Shown: piece after piece, positions 8,976 through 18,690 of the stretch
How positions within the stretch are numbered: the first letter of the stretch is position 1
Layout of the letters: each line of letters opens with the position of its first letter
Source of the DNA: an uncultured Gammaproteobacteria bacterium
Lineage (GTDB): Bacteria; Patescibacteriota; Patescibacteriia; Patescibacteriales; WJLG01
Assembly: GCA_964395625.1 (NCBI GenBank)
Contig: CAYNAR010000005.1
Location: forward strand, 6,537 to 70,536
DNA length: 64,000 nt
Direction: 5' to 3'
Program-made: the position numbers and the translations under genes
Notes under the pieces: generated by a model
What the model was told of the DNA's origin: nothing
What the model saw: the letters and a program-made list of their open reading frames with translations, nothing else
Database searches by the model: none

Positions 8976-10220
8976 ATGAAGATAATAAAAATAAGTTTTA
9001 TTTTAGCTGTAATAGTAGCTGTGCCGGTTTTTTTTATTAGCAAGAATAAGGCTAAAGATAATAAGAACGAGACTTTGCAGGTATCCGCATCACAAGAAGA
9101 AGTTCCAGTGCAAAAAGTGGAAGATAAAAGAATATATCTTGAAGTTAAAGAGAAGGACACTTACGGAAAGTTGATGGAAGATGCTGGTATGGGCGGTAAT
9201 ATGGCCAATGCCATATATGAAGCGGCGGAAAGTATATACGACCTCTCCAAGGTTCGTTTGGGCAAGTCTTTAGAATTTGTTTACGAAAAAGACACCTCAG
9301 AGCTTAAAGAATTAGTCTATAAGGTAGACTCCGAGGAAGAATTGTCCGTTAAGAATACTAAATTCTACCCCCAAGCCTCTTCTGGTGTTTCCTGGGTGGC
9401 GGAAAAAAGGAAAATCGCCTATGAGGTGAAATTGGTGGTGAAGGGTGGAGAGGTACAGAGTTCCATGTATCAAGCCGCTTTGGATAACGATATCGACGAG
9501 AGAGCTATTATCGAGTTGGCCGACGCCTTTCAGTGGTCTATAGACTTCGCCCTCGACCCAAGGGTCGGTGATGAGTTTAGGTTTGTATACGAGGAAAGAT
9601 ATCTTGATGGGAAATATGTGGCCCCTGGCAAAGTTTTGGCTGGTTACTATATAAACGCCGGTCAAAGATATGAGACCTATTATTTTCACGAGAGCGACGA
9701 CAATAAGGGTTATTTCGACGCCGAAGGTAATTCGGCGCAGAAGATGTTCTTAAAAGCCCCAGTCTCTTTTAAATATATATCGTCGGGATTCACTACCGGA
9801 TTGAGATATATCGAGGCCTTCAATGTGTCTACCGGACACAGAGCCGTGGATTATGCCGCGGCCAAAGGAACGCCTATTAGGGCTGTTGGAGATGGAGTTG
9901 TCACTTTTGCCGGCTGGAGTACTGTTGGCTACGGAAATTTAGTCTCTATAAGGCATAATGGCACATATTCCACTAATTATGCTCATCAATCAAAGATGGC
10001 AGTGAAAAAAGGCGATCATGTTAAACAAGGCCAAATCATTGGTTATGTAGGCTCTACCGGATTCTCGACCGGTCCGCATTTGCATTATGAGATGGTCAAG
10101 AATGGCGTAAAGATAAATCCTTTGGCCGAGGTTATGCCTCCTGGTCAGGCTATTAAGGATGAAAACAGGGAGAGGTTTGAAAAGGAAAAGGGGGAGTTGA
10201 TGGAAATGTTGAATGAATAG
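8976..10220 (+). CDS. M23 family peptidoglycan endopeptidase (MepM/OapA-like), N-terminally anchored
   Basis: HRAVD (HxxxD), GYGNLV, YAHQS and STGPHLHYE (HxH). Hydrophobic N-terminus from ATG 8976. Confidence 0.93.
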   Translation: MKIIKISFILAVIVAVPVFFISKNKAKDNKNETLQVSASQEEVPVQKVEDKRIYLEVKEKDTYGKLMEDAGMGGNMANAIYEAAESIYDLSKVRLGKSLEFVYEKDTSELKELVYKVDSEEELSVKNTKFYPQASSGVSWVAEKRKIAYEVKLVVKGGEVQSSMYQAALDNDIDERAIIELADAFQWSIDFALDPRVGDEFRFVYEERYLDGKYVAPGKVLAGYYINAGQRYETYYFHESDDNKGYFDAEGNSAQKMFLKAPVSFKYISSGFTTGLRYIEAFNVSTGHRAVDYAAAKGTPIRAVGDGVVTFAGWSTVGYGNLVSIRHNGTYSTNYAHQSKMAVKKGDHVKQGQIIGYVGSTGFSTGPHLHYEMVKNGVKINPLAEVMPPGQAIKDENRERFEKEKGELMEMLNE

Positions 10221-10247
10221 AGTTTAATCTTTTTTAGAGGTGTCTTT

Positions 10248-10775
10248 ATGGATTTTTCCTATATCATCAAGGAATCTCTGCGCGCTAAGCACTTGCGTTT
10301 AACCGTCACTAGGTTGGGCGAGGTTGTCGTCACTAAGCCGAAAAGGGCTCCATTGGCTTTGGTTGAAAGTTTTATTCGTGGCAATAAAGAGTGGGTATCG
10401 AAATATTTGGAGAAGGTCGCTGCCGAGAAAGCCGATAAATTGGTATTGCCGGATAAGAGCGACTTTTTGGCTAATCGTTATAAATTTCAAAGCCGTATCA
10501 GGGAGAAGATAGAGTGTATAAATAAATTGTACGGGTTTAAATATGGGTTGATTAGCGTCAATAATGCCAAAACCAGGCTCGGTAGTTGTTCTAGAATCGG
10601 CAGGCTTAACTTCAGCTATCGCCTTAGTGCTTATCCTGATGATATAATAGATTATGTCGTGGCTCATGAGCTTTGCCATTTAAAAGAGTTCAATCATTCT
10701 CGTCGTTTCTGGGATTTGGTGGCGTTGGCCATCCCGGATTATCGACAGAAAAGGAGGCTGATGAAAAAGTTGTGA
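10248..10775 (+). CDS. YgjP/DUF45 family metal-dependent hydrolase
   Basis: GSCS..G.LNF and DYVVAHELCHLKEFNHS..FW (HExxH). Confidence 0.9.
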   Translation: MDFSYIIKESLRAKHLRLTVTRLGEVVVTKPKRAPLALVESFIRGNKEWVSKYLEKVAAEKADKLVLPDKSDFLANRYKFQSRIREKIECINKLYGFKYGLISVNNAKTRLGSCSRIGRLNFSYRLSAYPDDIIDYVVAHELCHLKEFNHSRRFWDLVALAIPDYRQKRRLMKKL

Positions 10776-10850
10776 TTTTTTAGCCATTTTAAATGCTCTT
10801 GCCCATTTTTTTTAAAAAAGTTAATATATTAAAACATTAAGCTTAAAAAC

Positions 10851-11408
10851 ATGGAAACAAAACCAAATTTATTAAAGGCTATAGCCGGCGAGTCTATGGC
10901 TAGGAATAAGTATACGTATTTCGCTAAGATCGCGAACAAGGAAGGTTTAATATGGATATCGAAGGTGTTTGAAGAGACGGCTGATCAGGAGCGCGCTCAT
11001 GCCGAGGAGGAATTGGAGCAATTGGATAAGGTTACGGAAATGACTAATACTTACGACATACATCCGTTGGCCGGCACATTGGAGAATTTACGCAATGCGG
11101 CAGCTGGCGAGAAGTATGAATTCGAGGTGATGTATCCGACTTTCGAGAAAATCGCCAAAGAAGAGGGCGATGAGGCTGCAGCCACACTTTTCCATGAAAT
11201 AGCCGAAGTGGAGGAGAAGCATTATGAAAGATATGTCAAATTGGCGGATCGCTTGGAGGCCGGCAATCTTTTGAAAGGACAGAGCGAGGAGACGGAATGG
11301 AAATGTTTGAATTGCGGATATATACACAAAGGTTCGGAAGCTCCGCATGTTTGTCCGGTGTGCAAAAAACCGCAAGGCTGGTATATGCAGATCGGTTTTG
11401 TTAGATAG
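10851..11408 (+). CDS. rbr: Rubrerythrin
   Basis: AGESMARNKY, E..HA, GE.YE...MY and E..H diiron motifs, plus a C-terminal rubredoxin domain WKCLNCG...CPVC. Confidence 0.93.
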   Translation: METKPNLLKAIAGESMARNKYTYFAKIANKEGLIWISKVFEETADQERAHAEEELEQLDKVTEMTNTYDIHPLAGTLENLRNAAAGEKYEFEVMYPTFEKIAKEEGDEAAATLFHEIAEVEEKHYERYVKLADRLEAGNLLKGQSEETEWKCLNCGYIHKGSEAPHVCPVCKKPQGWYMQIGFVR

Positions 11409-11455
11409 ATTAAATACCCTTAGGGGTTTTTATAAAAATAATTTAAAAAACGAGT

Positions 11456-11647
11456 ATGTTTTTTGATCCAAACGAAGAAGATTTAGAAGATGACGTCGCC
11501 ATCGAAGAAGGTGGTGATGAATATGCCAGCGATGATACGGACGATGGCGATGATGCCGACTCCGATAATGACATCGATGTTAGCGATGATGCTGATTTCT
11601 CGGACGACTCCTCTGATGAGGAAGAAGATGAGGATGATGAATTCTAG
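11456..11647 (+). CDS. Small, extremely acidic protein
   Basis: 63 aa with 35 D/E and no K/R/H. It fills the gap between rubrerythrin and a terminator. Confidence 0.65.
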   Translation: MFFDPNEEDLEDDVAIEEGGDEYASDDTDDGDDADSDNDIDVSDDADFSDDSSDEEEDEDDEF

Positions 11648-11658
11648 TCTATTTACGG

Positions 11659-11690
11659 TCGCCTCGCTTTTATAGCGGGGCGATTTTTTT
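11659..11690 (+). terminator. Intrinsic terminator
   Basis: TCGCCTCGCT-tttat-AGCGGGGCGA followed by T7. Confidence 0.8.
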
Positions 11691-11720
11691 ATTTTGATTT
11701 TTTATGATATGATTTAAAAT

Positions 11721-12365
11721 ATGTTTGAGCATTTTTTGGCCGGTGAATTAGTTTTTTTAATTATCGGTTACTATCTTGGTTTTGATATTACCCCGACTTT
11801 TCTGATGTTCGGTGCTTTTTGTGGTTTTTTTCCGGATTTATTGAGTTATTTTTTAAACAAGCGCATTAATTATGGGCGCTGGTACCATTCTCATCGCGAT
11901 AATTTCTCCCATTCCGTTTTTTTGCCTTTGCTAATATTTTTCGCCACGGCTTTTTGGTTGGGGTGGAAGATGTCTTTATTAGTATCTTTGGCCATAATGA
12001 CGCATCCATTGTTGGATCTTTATGGCATAGGTTGGGGCGTAAAGTTGTTTTTACCTCTATCGGACAATATATATAAAGTTTTTTATCACAAAAAGATTGT
12101 CTATACTTTCGATAACGACGAGGAGCGCAATGCGAGGATTAAGAAGCATCAGACCGATGATTGGGTAAAGAGGATATATTTTCAACCCTGGAAGGTTTTG
12201 TCTTTTCCGAAGAGAGGACAAATAGAAAAGGTGAGAAACAGCCTTGAGAATGGCGGTAAGAATTTCTTTAGTCCTTGGATAGTCTGGTCGGTCCCGCGTT
12301 GGTGGGGGATAATGGAATGGTTGAGTCTTGTCTTCGCTATTTGGTTGATTTTCGGTTTAATATAA
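11721..12365 (+). CDS. Membrane-bound metal-dependent hydrolase (YdjM/DUF457-like)
   Basis: H near the N-terminus, PDL, HR..SHS, TH.LLD and G..LF.P motifs, with several TM segments. Confidence 0.8.
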   Translation: MFEHFLAGELVFLIIGYYLGFDITPTFLMFGAFCGFFPDLLSYFLNKRINYGRWYHSHRDNFSHSVFLPLLIFFATAFWLGWKMSLLVSLAIMTHPLLDLYGIGWGVKLFLPLSDNIYKVFYHKKIVYTFDNDEERNARIKKHQTDDWVKRIYFQPWKVLSFPKRGQIEKVRNSLENGGKNFFSPWIVWSVPRWWGIMEWLSLVFAIWLIFGLI

Positions 12366-12371
12366 TTTTTT

Positions 12372-12833
12372 ATGTTCGATGTGAGAATAATAGCCGTGGA
12401 TAGTGTTAGAAATAACGATTTATCTGGGGCTATAAGTGAGTATCTGACACGACTGAGGCCTTATGCTTCGGTGAAGGTGGAGGAGGTTAAGCCTGAACCA
12501 TTTTCTGTTGGTACGAAGGAAAAAGCTAAAAAAATAGAAGGGGAGAGACTCGAGAAGCTTCTTTCTAAACATTCGAGGGAGTCGGTGCATCTTTTGCATG
12601 AGAAAGGACAAGAGTTCACTTCCGAGGATTTTGCTCAAAAAATAGAGGCCGCCAACGGGCATGCCGTGTTCGTTATAGGTGGTGCGTTGGGTTTTTCTCA
12701 GGAATTGCTTGAAAAATATCATCAAATATCCTTATCCAGAATGACTTTTCCTCATGAATTGGCGAGGTTGGTCCTCTTGGAGCAGATTTATCGCGCCGCT
12801 ACGATAGTTAGGGGTAAGGAATATCATTATTAA
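12372..12833 (+). CDS. rlmH: 23S rRNA m3Psi1915 methyltransferase
   Basis: FVIGGALG and SLSRMTFPHELARLVLLEQIYRA..I..G..YH SPOUT signature. Confidence 0.95.
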   Translation: MFDVRIIAVDSVRNNDLSGAISEYLTRLRPYASVKVEEVKPEPFSVGTKEKAKKIEGERLEKLLSKHSRESVHLLHEKGQEFTSEDFAQKIEAANGHAVFVIGGALGFSQELLEKYHQISLSRMTFPHELARLVLLEQIYRAATIVRGKEYHY

Positions 12834-12883
12834 AATAATTTATCCACTGTTTTTTGTCATTTGGCATTGTTATAATACCGAGT

Positions 12884-14098
12884 ATGGAAAATTTCATTAA
12901 AAATTATCCGCGTCGCATAGGTATAGACGGTCGTTTCTATGGTCCTCTAGGGAAAGGTCTTGGCAGATATATACAAGAGATTGTGGATAATATTATAAAG
13001 ATAGATCAAAAGAACGAGTATGTGGTTTTTTTGAGTAAGGAGAATTTTGACGAGCTGAAAGTAACGAGTCCGCTGGTAAAAAAGGTTTTGGCTAACGTCA
13101 AATGGTATTCCTGGCAAGAGCAGCTTCTTATGCCTTTCCTGATTTTAAAGGAGGGGGTTGATTTGATGCATTTTCCGCATTTCAACGTGCCGATATTCTG
13201 TCCTACAAAATTCGTCGTCACCATACACGATTTGATTTTGACTCGTTTTCCAACGGTTCGTGCCAGCACTTTAGCTCCTTGGTTTTACAAATTGAAGAAT
13301 TTAGCATATCAGGCGGTTATATTTTTAGCCATAAAACGTTCCGAGAAGGTTATCGCGGTTTCGAATTTTACCAAAAGCGATATTGTGGAAAAGTTTAAAA
13401 TTAAGCCCTCGAAGATAGAAGTGACATATGAAGGTGTCACTAATTTGGCGCGAGAAAACGATTCTTTGTTCGTTAAAAAAGTCGATGACAAGGATGTCCT
13501 TTTAAGGTATAATATAACTACGCAAGAAGAGCGAGATGGGGATAAATTCATTCTTTATGTCGGCAATGTCTATCCCCATAAAAATTTAGAGAGTTTGTTG
13601 TCCGTTTTTTCCGGTTTTTGCAAGAAGTATCCGAATTATAGTCTAGTTTTGGTTGGTCGCGAAGATTATTTTTACAAAAGATTGAAAGATCGAGCAAAGG
13701 AGTTGAATCTTTGGCACGATGGTAACAGTAATAATCCAGTGATTTTCCCTGGCTACGTTCCCGACAGGGACTTGGAGGTTCTATATCGGTTGGCCGATTT
13801 TTATATTTTTCCGTCGCGCTATGAAGGGTTTGGTTTGCCACCGCTCGAGGCTATGTCCAAAGGATGTCCGGTAACGAGCTCCAATCAATCTTGCCTTCCC
13901 GAGATACTAGGGGATGCGGCACTGTATTTTGACCCGGATGACAAGTCTGATATTTTTGAAAAAATGGAAAGAATGGTTAGTGATGTGGAATTAAAGGATG
14001 TTTTAAGGAAGAAGGGGTACAGACAAGTTAAGCGGTATGATTGGTGGGAATGCGCTAGGCGTACGCTTAAAATATACGAGAGTGTTTTATTAAAATAA
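12884..14098 (+). CDS. GT4 family glycosyltransferase
   Basis: RIGIDGR, G.GRY, VTIHDL, PHKNL and PSRYEGFGLPPLEAM motifs. Confidence 0.93.
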   Translation: MENFIKNYPRRIGIDGRFYGPLGKGLGRYIQEIVDNIIKIDQKNEYVVFLSKENFDELKVTSPLVKKVLANVKWYSWQEQLLMPFLILKEGVDLMHFPHFNVPIFCPTKFVVTIHDLILTRFPTVRASTLAPWFYKLKNLAYQAVIFLAIKRSEKVIAVSNFTKSDIVEKFKIKPSKIEVTYEGVTNLARENDSLFVKKVDDKDVLLRYNITTQEERDGDKFILYVGNVYPHKNLESLLSVFSGFCKKYPNYSLVLVGREDYFYKRLKDRAKELNLWHDGNSNNPVIFPGYVPDRDLEVLYRLADFYIFPSRYEGFGLPPLEAMSKGCPVTSSNQSCLPEILGDAALYFDPDDKSDIFEKMERMVSDVELKDVLRKKGYRQVKRYDWWECARRTLKIYESVLLK

Positions 14099-16638
14099 TG
14101 TTTTTAAAGGAAAAAGAAAATAAAAACGAGGTGTTTTTGGCACAGAGATCTATTGGAAGGGTTGTTGATCTAAGGAAGAAGGTTTTAGATTGCGTTAACG
14201 ACGAAGTTGCGCCTATTTGTCGTAAAGAAAAGAAGTTGAGGGCAAGAATCTTCGGCGCTAAGGGAAAAAAGCTTGATTTGCTTAAACCTTATCTTTTATT
14301 GGAAAAGAAGGACGAATTTATCGACAAGGAATTAATGGTCGAGGATTTGGATGAGAGGGAGGAGGCGCGTAAACACAGTCTTTTGACTCGTTTTTTCGGG
14401 TTTATTACGGGTGCTGCCAAATTTTGGTGGTTACCGATTTTTGTTATTAGACCGATCTGGAGATTGATTTGGAGAGTGAGGCGTGGGGATTTTGTCGGTG
14501 ATAAGGTTTTTTATAAAAAAGTAAGGAATCAAAAAGGTAATGACCGGAGAAGCGGCTTTTTTTATCCTTTTAAGCCTTTTAAACCTTTTAAACATGTCAT
14601 ATCCTTTTTAGTCGTGTCTTTGCTGGTGATCATTCCGATAAAAGTTTTCGGTTATTACAAAATTGTCGATATCGATAGTTTTAAAAGTAAGATGTTCGGA
14701 ATAGGGGGGAGTGGGCTCGAGAATCTTGGTTCTGCCGCCGATGCCGCCTCAATATTTAAACTTAACGCGGCCGCGGCTAGTTTTTCTTCGGCTAAAAATG
14801 ATTTCGCTAGGGCGGGAGAAGAGATGGGTAAGATAAATTCTCTTTTACTCGAAGCTGGAAAATTAGTACCTAATAAGAAAGTTCGTCTTGCCTCCTATGG
14901 TAAGGATTTCGCGGTTGCCGCGGAGTCAGCCGCTTCTTTGGGGGAAAATCTTTCCTTAGCTGCCAACTCTTTCTTTTCGGGGAAAGATAAGAAATTTTCG
15001 GAGATGGTGGAAGATTTTATTCGATATGAGCGCGCCGCTTCCGCTGACGCCACCAAACTGAATGATTCTTTATCTAGAATAGATTCTAAAGTTCTTCCCA
15101 AGGAGTATAGTGAGATTTTTGATAGAATAAAGGAAATATCCACCGATCTTGCCATGTTGATCGATAGTTCTTGCGATGCCGCTTCAAAAATAAATATATT
15201 TTTAGGGGCCGAAAAGGACAAACGCTATTTATTTGTTTTCCAAAATAACAGCGAAATGAGGGCTTCAGGCGGTTTTATAGGTAGTTTTGCCTTAGTAGAT
15301 TTTTCTCAAGGCAAAATAAAGAATATAGAGGTTCCTGAGGGTGGTAGCTATGATACTGAAGGTGGGCTCAGGGATTTTGTCACTGCGCCGGAGCCTTTGT
15401 GGCTTGTGAATCCTTTGTGGCATTTTTGGGATGCCAATTGGTGGCCAGATTGGAAGAAGAGTGCTCAAAAGTTGTCTTGGTTCTATGAGAAGAGCGATGG
15501 TCCGAGTGTGGATGGTGTAATATCCTTCACTCCGACTGTTTTGGAGAGGATATTGAAAGTTATCGGTCCTATAGATATGACCGAGGAGTACGGTGTCATT
15601 ATGGATTCTGACAATCTGTGGTTTAATCTGCGAGACATAATAGAGAAGGAAAAGGCTCAAGACTTAAAGATTTCCAACGAGGTTGCGGAAAAGAAGCCTA
15701 AAAGGGTGGTTGGTGATTTATTGAGGAAGATTATGGAGGAAATGCCGAAACGTTTGGATAAGGATAAATTCATCCAGCTTACCATGGTCTTGAATGATAG
15801 CTTGAATGATAAACAAGTTTTGTTTTATTTCGAGAATGAGGATTTACAGAAAGAAGCCGAGAAAAGAAATTGGGCGGGTAGAATTAAGGATACCGGAAAA
15901 GATTATTTGAGTGTCGTCAATACTAATATAGCTGGGGGTAAGAGTGATGGCAAAATGGAGGAAAAAATCAGTCATGAAGCTAAGGTTATGGAGGACGGTT
16001 CAATAATAGATACATTAATAATAAAAAAGAAGCATTTAGGCGTCGATGGAGAGCCTTATTTTGGCGTGCGCAATGTGAATTGGATGAGGGTCTATGTTCC
16101 CGAGGGTAGCGTCTTGCTAGAAGCTTCTGGGTTTAGAGGGCCAGATCCTATATATTTCGATTATCCTAGCGATGAATGGGGTGTCGATATTGACGTTGAG
16201 GAAGAGAATGGTGAAAATGCCGAAATAGATAGAAAGAATTTGAACACTAAGATATATAAAGAGAGCGGTAAAACGGTTTTTGCCAATTGGGTTATGGTGG
16301 ACCCGGGGCAGGAGGTCGTTATAAAGATAAAATATAAATTGCCTTTTAAGTTCGAGAAAAAGAGTCTTTATAGTGAAAAGAAGACGATTTTCGACGAGTT
16401 TATAGAGAAGGCCACGAAGACTAAGAAGAAAGATTTGTATATCTATTCGTTCATGGCTCAAAAGCAACCGGGAATGATATCTTCCTCTATAGAGTCTGAG
16501 TTCATCCCACCAGCGGAGTTCTCCACTGTTTGGAGCTATCCGGAGTCTTCCGGTGTTAAGGCTGGTTGGGTTGTGGATGAAAAATTTGATAGCGACAAAT
16601 ATTGGGCCTTGATGTTGGAAAGAGTGGATTCAGAATAA
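14098..16638 (+). CDS. DUF4012 domain membrane-anchored protein
   Basis: TM helix, then YLFVFQNNSEMRASGGFIGS, DANWWPDW, VDGVIS, NIAGGKSD, MRVYVPEGS and QKQPG motifs. Confidence 0.88.
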   Translation: MFLKEKENKNEVFLAQRSIGRVVDLRKKVLDCVNDEVAPICRKEKKLRARIFGAKGKKLDLLKPYLLLEKKDEFIDKELMVEDLDEREEARKHSLLTRFFGFITGAAKFWWLPIFVIRPIWRLIWRVRRGDFVGDKVFYKKVRNQKGNDRRSGFFYPFKPFKPFKHVISFLVVSLLVIIPIKVFGYYKIVDIDSFKSKMFGIGGSGLENLGSAADAASIFKLNAAAASFSSAKNDFARAGEEMGKINSLLLEAGKLVPNKKVRLASYGKDFAVAAESAASLGENLSLAANSFFSGKDKKFSEMVEDFIRYERAASADATKLNDSLSRIDSKVLPKEYSEIFDRIKEISTDLAMLIDSSCDAASKINIFLGAEKDKRYLFVFQNNSEMRASGGFIGSFALVDFSQGKIKNIEVPEGGSYDTEGGLRDFVTAPEPLWLVNPLWHFWDANWWPDWKKSAQKLSWFYEKSDGPSVDGVISFTPTVLERILKVIGPIDMTEEYGVIMDSDNLWFNLRDIIEKEKAQDLKISNEVAEKKPKRVVGDLLRKIMEEMPKRLDKDKFIQLTMVLNDSLNDKQVLFYFENEDLQKEAEKRNWAGRIKDTGKDYLSVVNTNIAGGKSDGKMEEKISHEAKVMEDGSIIDTLIIKKKHLGVDGEPYFGVRNVNWMRVYVPEGSVLLEASGFRGPDPIYFDYPSDEWGVDIDVEEENGENAEIDRKNLNTKIYKESGKTVFANWVMVDPGQEVVIKIKYKLPFKFEKKSLYSEKKTIFDEFIEKATKTKKKDLYIYSFMAQKQPGMISSSIESEFIPPAEFSTVWSYPESSGVKAGWVVDEKFDSDKYWALMLERVDSE

Positions 16639-16642
16639 AAAT

Positions 16643-18634
16643 ATGGCAAATAAGATAAGAATCGAAAAACAAAAAGAAAGCGATGATGTTGGGAGTACTT
16701 CCGATGATTTTGTTAATGTGAGAGGGCGGGTTTCCAATGATGCGGAATCCCACCGCGAGGAAGAGATAGAAAAAAGCTTGGAAGAGATCTATCGCGATAA
16801 GGATGGTAAGAAGATCGATGTCGACAGGATAAACATAAATCGTCGCCAAGGTTTTATTTTTTGGTTTTTCAATCTCATAGTGTTTAGTTTAATAGCTATA
16901 GTCATAGGTCTTGGCGTTTATTACTATTTTGTCTATGGCAAGGTCGGTGATTCCTCATCATTGGATCTCAATGTCAAATGTCCGGAGGATGTGGTGTCTG
17001 GCGAGGAGTTTAAGTGCTACTTTACTTATAAAAATCCAGAATATGTGGCACTGAAGAACGTCACACTGTCTTTAAGCTATTCCGAAGATTTCATTTTTAT
17101 TTCCGGGCAACCACAAGCTTCCGGCGGACAGAATAATTGGGATATAGGACGAATAGAGGCTAAAAGCGAGGGGGTTGTTGAAATTATAGGCAAGATAATA
17201 GATAAAACCAAATCATCGTCGGTCATCCTGGCCAAAATGTCTTATGTGCCTGAGAATTTTTCCAGCGAGTTCAAGAAAGAGGCGTCTGCCACTATAAACA
17301 CTCGTAGTATAGGTTTCGATGCCAGTTTTAATTATTCGAATACGGCCTTAATCAATCAACAGGGGGAGATTAAAATCGATTTTACGCCATTGGAGAAAAA
17401 CTATTTTTCCGATTTTATAATTCGTCTAGAGAGAAGTGATAATTTTGAGATAAAAAACACTATAGTCAGTGGAAGGAGGCAGGGTGATAAGACGCCTCAG
17501 CCTAAGTTTAAAATAGAAAAGATTAAGGAAGAGGCTGTGGACTCTTGGATGGTTTCCGGTTTAGAAAAGGCTGAAAATTTCGAAATAATATACAAAGTCA
17601 AGGAGAAGAGCAATGAAAAGGAGAATTTGAAAATAAGCTTCGAACAGAATATTGGCGGAAAAAGATATGTTTTTCTGGAAAAGCCCATCGTTTTGGATTT
17701 AATGAAGAGCGATCTTAACCTTTCCTTGATAATGAATGGTTCACAGTCCGATAAGCCGGTTAACTTTGGCGATCGCCTTAACTATTCCATCGCTTACTCC
17801 AATAGGGGCGAGACGGCCTTGAAGGATGTCGCTATAACGGTCGCTTTAGATGGTGATTTTGTAGATTGGACGACATTGCAAGACAAAAACAAGGGGCGCG
17901 AGAAGGGGAATACGATAACTTGGACAAGTGATGAGTTGACAGCTTTGAAGGATATCGATGTTAACGAGAGCGGTTCGATAGATTTTTCTGTGGATGTCTT
18001 GCCTTTTTCGGAAAGCGATCTTTCTAAGGATTTTCAGATAAAGGCATTCGCTCAGTACAATATAAATAATTCCGGTGACGACGTCGGATCTTCAAGTGCT
18101 TCGATTGGGGCACAGGATAATCGTAGCAACACCATAACCAGTCTTATAAATAGTGATTTTAGCTTCAAGGAGGAGGCTCGCTATTTCGACGAGGACAATC
18201 TTCCCGTCGGCAACGGTCCTTTACCGCCGAAGGTTGGCGAAAAGACCAGTTTTAAAATATATTGGACCATAAATAATAATTTACACGATCTTAATGAGGT
18301 TTCAGTGGAGACCGTATTGCCAATAGGCGTAGAGTGGGATAGTCATAATCGCACTTCCGTCGGCACACTATCCTATGACGAGTCGAATAGGAAGGTCTAT
18401 TGGCAGATAGGTAGGTTGCCGATAACGGTTTTTAGGGCTGACGCCGAATTCAACATTTCTATTACCCCAAGCGATGAGAATAGAAATAAAATAATGGTTT
18501 TATTAGTTAATAGCAAGACGAGTGCTGTAGACGCCAAAACAGGTTCTTCTCTTGAGAAAATGGTCAAGGGTCAAACGACCAAATTGGATAGCGACGATAT
18601 CGCCAATATGTCGTCAGATGGTTTGGTGCGTTAG
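16643..18634 (+). CDS. Single-pass membrane protein with repeated Ig-like (DUF11-like) domains
   Basis: TM at about aa 70-96, then three Y.I.Y.N...L..V...L / W.IG..I beta-sandwich repeats and a GPLPPKVG motif. Confidence 0.75.
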   Translation: MANKIRIEKQKESDDVGSTSDDFVNVRGRVSNDAESHREEEIEKSLEEIYRDKDGKKIDVDRININRRQGFIFWFFNLIVFSLIAIVIGLGVYYYFVYGKVGDSSSLDLNVKCPEDVVSGEEFKCYFTYKNPEYVALKNVTLSLSYSEDFIFISGQPQASGGQNNWDIGRIEAKSEGVVEIIGKIIDKTKSSSVILAKMSYVPENFSSEFKKEASATINTRSIGFDASFNYSNTALINQQGEIKIDFTPLEKNYFSDFIIRLERSDNFEIKNTIVSGRRQGDKTPQPKFKIEKIKEEAVDSWMVSGLEKAENFEIIYKVKEKSNEKENLKISFEQNIGGKRYVFLEKPIVLDLMKSDLNLSLIMNGSQSDKPVNFGDRLNYSIAYSNRGETALKDVAITVALDGDFVDWTTLQDKNKGREKGNTITWTSDELTALKDIDVNESGSIDFSVDVLPFSESDLSKDFQIKAFAQYNINNSGDDVGSSSASIGAQDNRSNTITSLINSDFSFKEEARYFDEDNLPVGNGPLPPKVGEKTSFKIYWTINNNLHDLNEVSVETVLPIGVEWDSHNRTSVGTLSYDESNRKVYWQIGRLPITVFRADAEFNISITPSDENRNKIMVLLVNSKTSAVDAKTGSSLEKMVKGQTTKLDSDDIANMSSDGLVR

Positions 18635-18690
18635 TTTTTTTGTGTTATAATTTAAAAAGAAAAGTTCTCAATAAAAATTATATAAAAAAT

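Noticed and set aside
12840-12848. DnaA-box-like TTATCCACT
   Set aside because: A single imperfect copy with no box cluster or origin context.
14566-14592. CCTTTTAAR x3 tandem repeat
   Set aside because: A short in-frame repeat encoding PFK-PFK-PFK; not CRISPR-like and not frame-shifting.
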